Shown here: in pieces, positions 17,127-25,690 of the stretch
How the letters are laid out: each line of letters begins with the position of its first letter
Numbering within the stretch: the first letter of the stretch is position 1
Position numbers and translations under genes: made by a program
From: a virus
Strand: one strand, 5' to 3'
Length of the DNA stretch: 64,000 nt
Virus record (IMG/VR): IMGVR_UViG_3300029982_000012
Notes under the pieces: model-generated
Seen by the model: the letters and a program-made list of their open reading frames with translations, nothing else
Database searches by the model: none
Told to the model about the DNA's origin: nothing

Positions 17127-20100
17127 CATTACTGATATCGCCTCACACGCATTGCGAGTCTAAACTTACTGGATCACCGCTACCCTCAATGATTAAAAGG
17201 GCAGTAGATCTTGGTCGAACCCATTTTTCCTATACAGATTTGGGTCATCTATCAAGTTGTCTCAAAGCTTATGGGCAGGCCAAGGCCGCAAATTTAAAAT
17301 TTGCTGCAGGTATAGAATTCTTTTTTAAGGATTCTTCTTGTCCGATTGTTGTGGGTACTAAAGCCGATCGATGTAAGTATTTTAATGCATCTATTTTTGC
17401 AAAGAATCAAGATGCCTATCAAGAAATCGTAAGAGTTGTTTCCTCAAATGATATGCCCAAAATCAAGATCAGAGATGAATTGGAATCTCTTTGGTCTTGG
17501 AAGGATCTTGAGCGCCTAAGTAAATCTGATACCCTCCTTGTCCTAGGCGGCCCTCATTGTATGGTTGGTAAAGCGATGCTTGCCGATACTCCTGAATTGG
17601 CAGAAAAGATCCTATTAAAGATCCATAGTCTTTTCCAAGATCGACTATCTATGTCCCTAACCTGCGAACCATGGGAAAAGAAGTATGCGACAGTCATAAA
17701 AATCAAATACAAAGATGGAACTTCTGACTCACTTCTTTCCTCGGATCTGGTTACCACCAATAAGGCCAGAAAAATTAAGGCTAGCGATTTAACTAATAGA
17801 AGTGGGCACTTTTTGGTTAAGTCGAAAGTGGTTGGAAATACATTTCATCAAGTAGATAAAGAAATTGCGGAAGTGACGGAACATAGAGGATTCCTTCCCC
17901 TTCCAGTAGATGTTACTTCAACTATCAATAAGTTTTTCGTGGAAATGCACAAGAAGCACGGCATTAAATTGCTTGCTTCGGACTACGCTTTTTATTCAGA
18001 AAAAGAAGACCACATTGTTCAGACCATGGTTCTTGAGGGCGAAAATAAACTAAAAGCTAATCTGCACATGAAATCTGCGCAGGAAATCCAAGAATATTTA
18101 ACCCATAAACTTGGCCTAACAGAAGAAGAGTCTACTAAAATTATCGGAAATAATAACGAATGGGCAAAAAATTTTGATAATTTCGAACTAAAATACAAAT
18201 GGCGGCTTGCTGATGCAGGGGAAAACCCACTACAACAATGCTTAGAAATTATTAAGAAAAAAGGATTAATGAGATGGAAAGACACTATTTGGGTTGGCAG
18301 GCTAAAAGAAGAGATTGAAGTTCTGGCCAAGAACGGTATCTTCGATTTATCCCCCTATTTCCTTCCTATTCACGATGTAATCAACCATTATGAAGAGAAT
18401 GGTAGGTTGCCAGGTCCAGGACGAGGAAGCGCTGCTGGGAGCCTTGTAGCCTATCTAATGGGCGTCACCAAAGTAAATCCTTTTACCTACGACCTTAGCT
18501 TTAACAGGTTTTATTCAATGGATCGGATTAAAGCTCTTAAACTCGCCGATATTGACTCAGATTTGGAATCCAGAGATCTTTTGGTGGGAGAAGATGGAAA
18601 AAGCGGATACCTTTACAAGAGATGGGGAAATAAGGCTGCCCAGATCAGTACCAGAACTAAGATTAGACTTAAATCTGCTATTAAAGACACTAACAGATAC
18701 ATTAATGGGTCTGTCGAGAAATCCATTGAAGTATTTGCAAAATCTCTTCCAGATGCAGACCAAGGTATCACAGATGAGCAGTTCATTTTTGGTATGGAAG
18801 ATGACGATGGAAATCATATTGATGGGTTAATCGAAACTTCAGAGCCACTTCAGAAATATGCAAATGATAGACCTAAAGAGTGGGCGATCGTTAGGCAAGC
18901 ACTTGGTATTACAAGAGCATTCTCACGTCATGCCTGCGCCTTTGTTATTGCTGATAAGCCTATCTCAGAGATCGTACCCATTAAAGATGGTAATGTGGTT
19001 CAATACGAGGCAACTGCAGCAGAAACGGCTGGACTAATTAAGTACGACTTCTTGGTCATTAGTCAGTTGAAGGATATTAGGGTTTGCTTAGATCTGATCA
19101 ATAAAAAGAATAAAGAAAAGCATAAGACCGGTTACTTCACGAATAATGGGGTTTTGACCTATATCTGGGATTTACCTACTGACCAAAAGACATATGAAAG
19201 CGTGTGGGGAGGCAGTACAGAATCATGCTGGCAAATTAACACGAACTCAATGATCCCTTTTGTTAAGGGCATAAAACCTACAAGTATTGAAGATTTATCG
19301 ATTATTCTATCCCTAGTTCGTCCAGGCCCTCTCGATTATATTGACAAAGAAACAGGGCGTAGTATGGCCGAAGAATATGTTCATAGACGCGATGGTGGTG
19401 AATATAAAGACGTTGAGATTCTAAAAGAATTGATTCCTGAAACCCATTCGGTTCTAGTCTACCAAGAACAGGTTACTAAAATCGCAAAGCAACTTGCCGG
19501 ATTTTCTGGATCGGCTGCCGAAAACTTACGAGAAGCCATTGGTAAGAAAAAACGCGCAACTATCTTAAAAATTAAGCCCGATTTTATTGCTGGATGCTTA
19601 AAGTCCAATAAAATTACGGAAGAAGAAGCTCAAATATTATGGGATCGTATCGTAACCTTTGGTCGGTATGCATTCAATAAATCTCATGGTGTTTCATACG
19701 CATTCGTTACATACGCCTGTATCTTTCTGAAACACAATTACTCATTAGAATGGTGGGCCGCAGTTCTTACTAATGCAAAAGAAAAAGAGATTTCCGGTAA
19801 GTTGTGGCCATATGTTAAGCACTTGGTTGCGGCTCCAGACATCAATCTTTCAACAGATGAAATGGAAATCGATTATGCTAATGGGAAAATTAGAGCTAAA
19901 CTTGGCGTCATTAAAGGTATGGCCGCCGCTACGATTGATCCAATTGTTGCTGGGAGACCGTATAAAGACATAGAAGATTTTGTAAACAAAGAAGTCGCCG
20001 GAGATGCGGTAACAAGAAAACTCATCCATGTAGGAGTATTAGACTCATTGTTCCCTCCAAAACTTGAACTATTGCAAAAAATGCAACTGTTCGAGGATCT

Positions 20101-20737
20101 ACTTGAAACCAATAAATTTAACAATAAAATTGCTAGATCTAAAGAAGAAGGCAAAAAGACTAGATTAGAGGCTCCCAATAAGGGCGTAATCAAAGAAGAA
20201 TATTTGGAAATTGAAAAGTATCCTTTGAAAAATGCCGCAGTTCAAAAATCAATTTTGCCAAGTCTTTTGGTTGGTCTAACAAATTTGGGCATAAATCACT
20301 CAAGTCTAATGGACCGAAAGACAATGTTTAAACAGGCAGTAATGACAAAAAAGGCCAGAAAAAAACGCCAAGACAACCCCAACGCTAAATTAAACCGAGA
20401 TGATGGCGACCATTTGCCCCTATTAAACGGAGAAGAATTTGAATTCGTTGATCAAAAATCAGCAGAAGCATCAGTTAAAGACATTGAATTTGCGGTATTT
20501 GGATATGTTGTGGGTACGAGCTTCTTTGACTATAGTGCAAACACAAAACAGGCCTTGAAAGTAATTATTGATGTAGATGGGTATGTAAAAGAACATGTTA
20601 TGTGGCCTAATTACTATTCCGAAAAACTTGAGCATCCTAAAGAATTAAAAAAGGGCAATATATGTATGTTTTTAATGAAGAAACGCCAGGGTAGCGGTGA
20701 TCCTGCCGCAATTGAAGAAATCGTAATTGAGGCTTGA
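17123..20737 (+). CDS. dnaE: DNA polymerase III alpha subunit (family C)
   Basis: PHP HTH motif, GPGRGSAAGSLVAY, ADIDSD, KYDFL, LVRPGP, VYQEQV, YAFNKSH, PDINLS; C-terminal OB fold. Confidence 0.96.
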   Translation: MTLLISPHTHCESKLTGSPLPSMIKRAVDLGRTHFSYTDLGHLSSCLKAYGQAKAANLKFAAGIEFFFKDSSCPIVVGTKADRCKYFNASIFAKNQDAYQEIVRVVSSNDMPKIKIRDELESLWSWKDLERLSKSDTLLVLGGPHCMVGKAMLADTPELAEKILLKIHSLFQDRLSMSLTCEPWEKKYATVIKIKYKDGTSDSLLSSDLVTTNKARKIKASDLTNRSGHFLVKSKVVGNTFHQVDKEIAEVTEHRGFLPLPVDVTSTINKFFVEMHKKHGIKLLASDYAFYSEKEDHIVQTMVLEGENKLKANLHMKSAQEIQEYLTHKLGLTEEESTKIIGNNNEWAKNFDNFELKYKWRLADAGENPLQQCLEIIKKKGLMRWKDTIWVGRLKEEIEVLAKNGIFDLSPYFLPIHDVINHYEENGRLPGPGRGSAAGSLVAYLMGVTKVNPFTYDLSFNRFYSMDRIKALKLADIDSDLESRDLLVGEDGKSGYLYKRWGNKAAQISTRTKIRLKSAIKDTNRYINGSVEKSIEVFAKSLPDADQGITDEQFIFGMEDDDGNHIDGLIETSEPLQKYANDRPKEWAIVRQALGITRAFSRHACAFVIADKPISEIVPIKDGNVVQYEATAAETAGLIKYDFLVISQLKDIRVCLDLINKKNKEKHKTGYFTNNGVLTYIWDLPTDQKTYESVWGGSTESCWQINTNSMIPFVKGIKPTSIEDLSIILSLVRPGPLDYIDKETGRSMAEEYVHRRDGGEYKDVEILKELIPETHSVLVYQEQVTKIAKQLAGFSGSAAENLREAIGKKKRATILKIKPDFIAGCLKSNKITEEEAQILWDRIVTFGRYAFNKSHGVSYAFVTYACIFLKHNYSLEWWAAVLTNAKEKEISGKLWPYVKHLVAAPDINLSTDEMEIDYANGKIRAKLGVIKGMAAATIDPIVAGRPYKDIEDFVNKEVAGDAVTRKLIHVGVLDSLFPPKLELLQKMQLFEDLLETNKFNNKIARSKEEGKKTRLEAPNKGVIKEEYLEIEKYPLKNAAVQKSILPSLLVGLTNLGINHSSLMDRKTMFKQAVMTKKARKKRQDNPNAKLNRDDGDHLPLLNGEEFEFVDQKSAEASVKDIEFAVFGYVVGTSFFDYSANTKQALKVIIDVDGYVKEHVMWPNYYSEKLEHPKELKKGNICMFLMKKRQGSGDPAAIEEIVIEA

Positions 20738-20762
20738 TTTTAAACAAAATAGATGGTACTAT
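20734..20762 (+). promoter_or_regulatory. sigma-70-type promoter (leaderless)
   Basis: TTGATT-17-TACTAT, 6 nt before ATG 20769. Confidence 0.6.
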
Positions 20763-20768
20763 CTTAAT

Positions 20769-21542
20769 ATGAGACTTACTCCTCTCCTTTTAACCCTACT
20801 GTTTGGTCTAACGCAAAACGCGCATTCGGTAGGGTTATCTGGAAAATGTGTCAAGCGCCAAATACGGATAGCCGTAATCGATACGGGATTTGGCTATAGT
20901 GGAATCAAAAAAGACACAAAGCTTTGTGGTATAGGCCATACAGATTTCTCAAAGGATCATAATTTTATATATATGAGACCACTTAGTAATTTGATCCCCA
21001 AAGACACAGTTGGACATGGTACCAATATTGTTGGGATCATAGAGAATTACGCCAAAAAATCCAATGTAGATTATTGTATCGTGATCCTTAAATTCTATTC
21101 GAAAGATCAAACCGATAAGCAAAATTTGAAAGCTAGCATCGCTGCAATACAATTCGCTACCGAACTTAAAGCGGATTTTATCAATTATTCAGGTGGAGGC
21201 CCATCAGAAAACGCAGAAGAAGGACGGGCAGTAAGGAAGTTTCTAGATCAGGGCGGAAAGTTCATTGCTGCGGCTGGTAATGATGGAGAAGAGATTGGAA
21301 CGGGAGATACAGACTTTTATCCAGCAATGTATGACAAACGAATAGTTGTTGTGGGTAATTTGGACAAGTATGGCGTAAGATCTAAAACATCTAATTACGG
21401 CAGATTTGTAAATAGATGGGAAATGGGCGAAGACGTTACGGGTTACGGGATCAAACTTTCTGGAACTTCGCAAGCAACGGCTGTAGCAACGGGCAAAATA
21501 CTTGCCGCTAGTGAAAATAAATGCACCTTAAAGAAGAAATAA
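20769..21542 (+). CDS. subtilisin-like S8 peptidase with signal peptide
   Basis: IAVIDTG, GHGT, AAAGN, SGTSQAT; MRLTPLLLTLLFGLTQNAHS signal peptide. Confidence 0.9.
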   Translation: MRLTPLLLTLLFGLTQNAHSVGLSGKCVKRQIRIAVIDTGFGYSGIKKDTKLCGIGHTDFSKDHNFIYMRPLSNLIPKDTVGHGTNIVGIIENYAKKSNVDYCIVILKFYSKDQTDKQNLKASIAAIQFATELKADFINYSGGGPSENAEEGRAVRKFLDQGGKFIAAAGNDGEEIGTGDTDFYPAMYDKRIVVVGNLDKYGVRSKTSNYGRFVNRWEMGEDVTGYGIKLSGTSQATAVATGKILAASENKCTLKKK

Positions 21543-21543
21543 G

Positions 21544-21571
21544 TTGCATAAAAACAAAATAAGAGTAGGAT
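21544..21571 (+). promoter_or_regulatory. possible sigma-70-type promoter
   Basis: TTGCAT-16-TAGGAT. Confidence 0.4.
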
Positions 21572-21579
21572 AGATAAAG

Positions 21580-21828
21580 ATGGATTTCAAAGAAGACTTT
21601 AAGTTAATAAAAAGTAAAGAGATCGATACCGATACCTTTCTTAAAATTAGTAAAAATTTGATGAGTGGAAGAATTTTCGTAGAATTTTCTTGTAAAAATC
21701 CAAATCTCATGATACAAAAGAACTTTGAGGATTCATTATACGGGAAGAAATTGGCCGATACTTTCTCAAGAAGTATCAAGAACGCAGATCAAATCAGAAA
21801 ACATTTTGGAATAAAAACGGAGAAATAA
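21580..21828 (+). CDS. hypothetical protein
   Basis: ORF following the promoter. Confidence 0.7.
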   Translation: MDFKEDFKLIKSKEIDTDTFLKISKNLMSGRIFVEFSCKNPNLMIQKNFEDSLYGKKLADTFSRSIKNADQIRKHFGIKTEK

Positions 21829-21830
21829 AT

Positions 21831-22604
21831 ATGTCACTAAGCACAATCCTTCAAGAAATTGAAAAAACATTACCGGTCGCAACACAAGATCTTACTTTGG
21901 GAAATGAAAGTACTTTCCGTGGTAGACAAGGAATGAAACGAGCTGCCGTTGATCGTATTGAACAACTAAAGACAGATTACAAAAAGGCTCTTATCGAATC
22001 TACATTTTTTATTATTCTAACAGGTGCCAATCGCACTCTATTTAATGAAGTGGCTTCTAATCCCGATTTTGAATGCTTTTCGGTAGATCCAGACAGTTTT
22101 TACGATGACTTATCGTCTCGTGTGGACGCCAAACTGTTTGGTCGTGAGTCTACCAAATACCTATTCAATATTGCAAATAATGCTCTCTACGATAAGGCCT
22201 TAGAAATTGGTGTAAGCAGGAATTCTATCATGGAAATCAAATTCGATGAAAGATACAATAGAGCAGTGAAAAACCATCAAGAATTAGCTAACCTATTAAA
22301 ACTCGCAGTAAATGACCAAATTGGTTCGGAAATCGTTGGGTTAGATGCTCTCAGTTCAATTGTTGATAGGGCTCTAGCAAAAAAACATGCCGGGTCTATC
22401 ACCCCAGTATTACTTAATACAGGAGATGAAAATTTCGCCCTAGATCTACAAAAAAATCTTACGCGATTAAAGACCAAAACCTTTATTGTGGTTGCTGGAA
22501 AGGCATCTAAAACTCTTCAAAATCTTCCTGGAGCGTTTGTTGTTAAAAATGTTACGGAAGAAAGTGTTGGCGAAACGCTTAAGTCTATTCGCAGTAAAAT
22601 CTAA
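21831..22604 (+). CDS. hypothetical protein (possible degenerate P-loop fold)
   Basis: GGAG SD; IILTGA strand without an intact Walker A. Confidence 0.7.
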   Translation: MSLSTILQEIEKTLPVATQDLTLGNESTFRGRQGMKRAAVDRIEQLKTDYKKALIESTFFIILTGANRTLFNEVASNPDFECFSVDPDSFYDDLSSRVDAKLFGRESTKYLFNIANNALYDKALEIGVSRNSIMEIKFDERYNRAVKNHQELANLLKLAVNDQIGSEIVGLDALSSIVDRALAKKHAGSITPVLLNTGDENFALDLQKNLTRLKTKTFIVVAGKASKTLQNLPGAFVVKNVTEESVGETLKSIRSKI

Positions 22605-22611
22605 GGGAAAT

Positions 22612-22788
22612 ATGGAAAACAATAATAGAGTTGATCTAGAGACACCGGTAATTACCGCACTAGCAGTGGCATCTAAAACACCATTCTTAACGGCCTTTAA
22701 AGCTACTTTAGGTATTGGTTTAGCAAGATTCCTGATGTTTTTTGGTGTAGTAACAACAATCGTTTTGGCAGTTAAAGTTTTAAAATAA
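22612..22788 (+). CDS. small membrane protein (58 aa)
   Basis: Start 22612 after AAGGG; hydrophobic C-terminal helix. Confidence 0.6.
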   Translation: MENNNRVDLETPVITALAVASKTPFLTAFKATLGIGLARFLMFFGVVTTIVLAVKVLK

Positions 22789-22797
22789 GGAGAAAAT

Positions 22798-23850
22798 ATG
22801 GAAGCGACATTTGGAAAAAGAGATTATGCAAAGAAGAATTATTTTAGTCAAAAAGACGGAAATGTAATTTTTCGAATTATTAAGCCTTTAGAACAATACA
22901 CGAAAGATACGCATGGATGGGCAAAATTTCACGCAGTAATATTTGGCTACAAGAACAGTGAAGGAAAACTACGTCCTTTTCAAAGCGCTCAAGTTAAACG
23001 TGATGGGGTAGTATTGGTCGAATGTCCTGCAATGAAACGAATTGAGGAACTTACTGCAAAATTAAATAAGGCCAAAGAAGAAGGAAATGATGATTTGGTT
23101 GCTAAACTCAGTAAGATAGTGGGTTACGGTGGAAACTACAGTGTTGACAAAAATTTTCATATGAATGTTATTGATTTGCAAGGAAATATTGGAGTTTTAA
23201 AGCTCAGATCAAAAGCAAAACAGGCATTGGAGGATGAACTTATTAGGCTTGAACAAGAAGAAGGCGTCAATGCGCTTTCCGATGAAAACGGACGCTTTTT
23301 CGTATTCAATCGTTCTGGATCTGGGAATACTACTTCTTTTAAAGTAAGTGTTTATAAAGAAAAAATTGATGTACCTAATGTAGGTCGCGTTGAACGAGAT
23401 GTTATTCATAAAATTACTCCAGAACTAAGAGCAAAAATCGACCGTGAAGCTCAAGATTTAAACAAAATTGCAGCAAAACTTACCGTTGAAGAAATTGCAA
23501 GAATTGTTGCTTCAGCAGATATTGCTACGGGCAAGACCCCTGTTTGTGATGAACTGTTCGACAATCGCTGGAAAGCAGAACGGGAAGCTCGTGGAGGTTC
23601 AAACAATCGTCGCCAAGAAAGTGCTCCGGCAGCTAGTGCTCAAACACAAGCTCCTGCTGCAGCAGCCTCTACACCGGCCCCTGCAACTCAAACTGCGGCT
23701 CCCACTTTTACTGCACCTTCATATGCAGCCCCAGCTACACCTGCAGCGCAAGCCCCAGTTACGGCTACGACTCCAGCAGCCCCTACATTTGCTGCAGAAC
23801 AAAGCCACGAAGACTGGTTAAAAGAAATCGGAATTGATCCAAATAGCTAA
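22798..23850 (+). CDS. gp32-like single-stranded DNA-binding protein
   Basis: GNVIFRII, CP motif, GRFFVFNRSGSG..TSFKV; Ala/Pro/Thr linker and acidic tail; directly upstream of UvsY/RecA. Confidence 0.7.
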   Translation: MEATFGKRDYAKKNYFSQKDGNVIFRIIKPLEQYTKDTHGWAKFHAVIFGYKNSEGKLRPFQSAQVKRDGVVLVECPAMKRIEELTAKLNKAKEEGNDDLVAKLSKIVGYGGNYSVDKNFHMNVIDLQGNIGVLKLRSKAKQALEDELIRLEQEEGVNALSDENGRFFVFNRSGSGNTTSFKVSVYKEKIDVPNVGRVERDVIHKITPELRAKIDREAQDLNKIAAKLTVEEIARIVASADIATGKTPVCDELFDNRWKAEREARGGSNNRRQESAPAASAQTQAPAAAASTPAPATQTAAPTFTAPSYAAPATPAAQAPVTATTPAAPTFAAEQSHEDWLKEIGIDPNS

Positions 23851-23858
23851 GGAGACTT

Positions 23859-24245
23859 ATGGAATTAAATCCAGAAGTAGATCTGTCCGTAGATATTCAT
23901 AATCTAACTACAGAGTTTAGAAATTTGCCAGGGCTATTGTTTCGTTACTACCAATATAAAGCAAAAATTGAGGCGGTACGAGACAATGCCAAGGCTAGAT
24001 TAAAAGAAACTAGAGCTGTAGTTTATAAGACCATAAAAAGCGATGTTTCCGTAAAACATAGCGAAAATAGTATGGAAGCCCAAATTGATTCTCATCCAGA
24101 TGTTCTAAAGGCCCTAATGAACCTGGTTAAAGCCGAACATGATGCGACTACCTGGGCAGGTGCAGTAGATTCAATGAAAGCCAAAAAGGATTGTCTAATC
24201 CAGCTGGGCTCGGATCGTCGAAAAGAAATCATAGGTTCAAACTAG
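23859..24245 (+). CDS. UvsY-like recombination mediator
   Basis: DLSVDIHNLTTEFRNLP..., helical, KHSENSMEAQI; lies between SSB and recombinase. Confidence 0.65.
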   Translation: MELNPEVDLSVDIHNLTTEFRNLPGLLFRYYQYKAKIEAVRDNAKARLKETRAVVYKTIKSDVSVKHSENSMEAQIDSHPDVLKALMNLVKAEHDATTWAGAVDSMKAKKDCLIQLGSDRRKEIIGSN

Positions 24246-24253
24246 GAGAATAA

Positions 24254-25156
24254 ATGGCAAAGCAAGAAGTGTCTTTAGTAGACCGCATTCGTAATCGATT
24301 AAACGAAGAGGCCGGTAAAGAATTAGTAAAGACTTATGGAGAAGATGATGAATTGCTCCAAGTCAAATCATGGATTACATTAAAGCCCTTCTTTAAAGAA
24401 GGTACCGGTGGAGAAGGGTTTCCATGCGGGCACATTACTCAGATTATTGGAAAGACCGATAGCGGTAAAACCACTCTGGTAATGGAAGGAATGGTACAGT
24501 GCCAAAAAGATGGCGGTGTATGTTTCTTAATCGATTCAGAGCATAAATTCTCCATGAAACGTCTAGCTTTGATGGGCGGCAAACCCAAAGAAGTTCTGGT
24601 TACTCCTTGCGAAAACCTAGAAGAGGCGTGGACCGCGATCGAGAAGATTTTGACTGAAGCTAAAACCCTTAGAGAAGAAGGTTTTACTGGACCTCTCATG
24701 ATGGTATGGGACTCGGTTGCTGCTTCGGTACCGGAATCAATTATGGATTCGGAAGCTGGTGATCATCACGTTGCGGTTGAGGCCAAACTGAACAATAAGA
24801 ACGTTCGTCGTCTACGTCAAGCTATTGGAGAAACTGGACTTGCTTGCGTATTTATTAATCACTACTATATGACCCAACCTAAAAATAAGTATGAACAGTC
24901 AGAACTCATTATTAAAGGTGGAGAAGAATTAAGTTTCTTTTCTACACTTATCTTAATCACCAAAAAAGGTGCCAAAATTACTCGTACAATTAAGAACGAG
25001 GAACAACAAATTGGTCGTACCACACGATATACAGTACACAAAGGCCATTTCCATGGTCGTACAATAGTAAAAGATGTATCGGTAGTCGATATCGGTATCT
25101 TGGATACCCCAGAAGCTCTGGAAGCGTACAAGAAGTCTCTTCGTGGAGAATACTAA
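24254..25156 (+). CDS. recA: RecA/UvsX recombinase
   Basis: GFPCGHITQIIGKTDSGKTT, LIDSEH, VWDSVAA, FINH, KGGEELSF. Confidence 0.92.
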   Translation: MAKQEVSLVDRIRNRLNEEAGKELVKTYGEDDELLQVKSWITLKPFFKEGTGGEGFPCGHITQIIGKTDSGKTTLVMEGMVQCQKDGGVCFLIDSEHKFSMKRLALMGGKPKEVLVTPCENLEEAWTAIEKILTEAKTLREEGFTGPLMMVWDSVAASVPESIMDSEAGDHHVAVEAKLNNKNVRRLRQAIGETGLACVFINHYYMTQPKNKYEQSELIIKGGEELSFFSTLILITKKGAKITRTIKNEEQQIGRTTRYTVHKGHFHGRTIVKDVSVVDIGILDTPEALEAYKKSLRGEY

Positions 25157-25444
25157 ATGAAATATTTGGCGCTATTTGCTTTAATGTCAGGATGCTCTCT
25201 AATTAAAATTCAAGAGGCTCCTCAGCCAGAAAAGCATCGTTCTCAGATTATTACGGTAATGGAATATACCTGTGGTGGCGATTCAAAAGAATGTCAGGCA
25301 GATTCTACAGTACGAATTTCAAGGGATAAAATTATTTTTTATACTGAGTTTTCAAAAACTTGCTATGTGCAACTAGCAGGTTACCAAACACTTCATGTAT
25401 TAAAAATGACTTGTTCCGAATTTGATCAATTATTAAATCAATAA
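25157..25444 (+). CDS. putative lipoprotein
   Basis: MKYLALFALMSGC lipobox. Confidence 0.65.
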   Translation: MKYLALFALMSGCSLIKIQEAPQPEKHRSQIITVMEYTCGGDSKECQADSTVRISRDKIIFYTEFSKTCYVQLAGYQTLHVLKMTCSEFDQLLNQ

Positions 25445-25459
25445 ATTCTCGAAAGAGAA

Positions 25460-25671
25460 CGTAAGCGGAGTGGAAAGCTGTGGGGACCGGACTTGGTTGA
25501 AATGACTACCAAGCCTAGCCTACTAGAGACACTCTCAGACAGCCAGACCTTTTACGGCGACGAGCAGAGCCATGATTGAAGAATCAGCGAAGTGACACTC
25601 GACGTGCTGAAGCCATACTTAACTTGAGTATGCTAGAAAATAAGGTTGCCAGAGTCGCGTCTGGCCTTACG
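25460..25671 (+). ncRNA. candidate structured, tRNA-like non-coding RNA or leader (~210 nt)
   Basis: Longest non-coding gap in the left arm and GC-richer than its flanks. Closing helix CGTAAG/CTTACG, D-arm-like GGAGTG-GAA...AGA-CACTCT, T-arm-like GCCAGA-gtcgcg-TCTGGC, plus several internal hairpins. Preceded by a TTCTC-GAAA-GAGAA GNRA hairpin at 25446-25459. Confidence 0.7.
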
Positions 25672-25690
25672 CTAAAATTAGGAGTCCGCC

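Noticed and set aside
17123-20737. Active intein or split dnaE
   Set aside because: Single ORF of normal length; no block A Cys with terminal His-Asn and no LAGLIDADG motifs.
21831-22604. Nucleotide kinase call
   Set aside because: Only a beta-strand-TG start; the GxxxxGK[ST] Walker A is absent.
25446-25690. Canonical tRNA, tmRNA, RNase P RNA or group I intron
   Set aside because: No TTCRA T-loop, anticodon arm or CCA; no tmRNA GGGG...CCA ends or tag ORF; only superficial likeness to RNase P GAGGAAAGUCC; flanking ORFs are complete, so nothing needs splicing.
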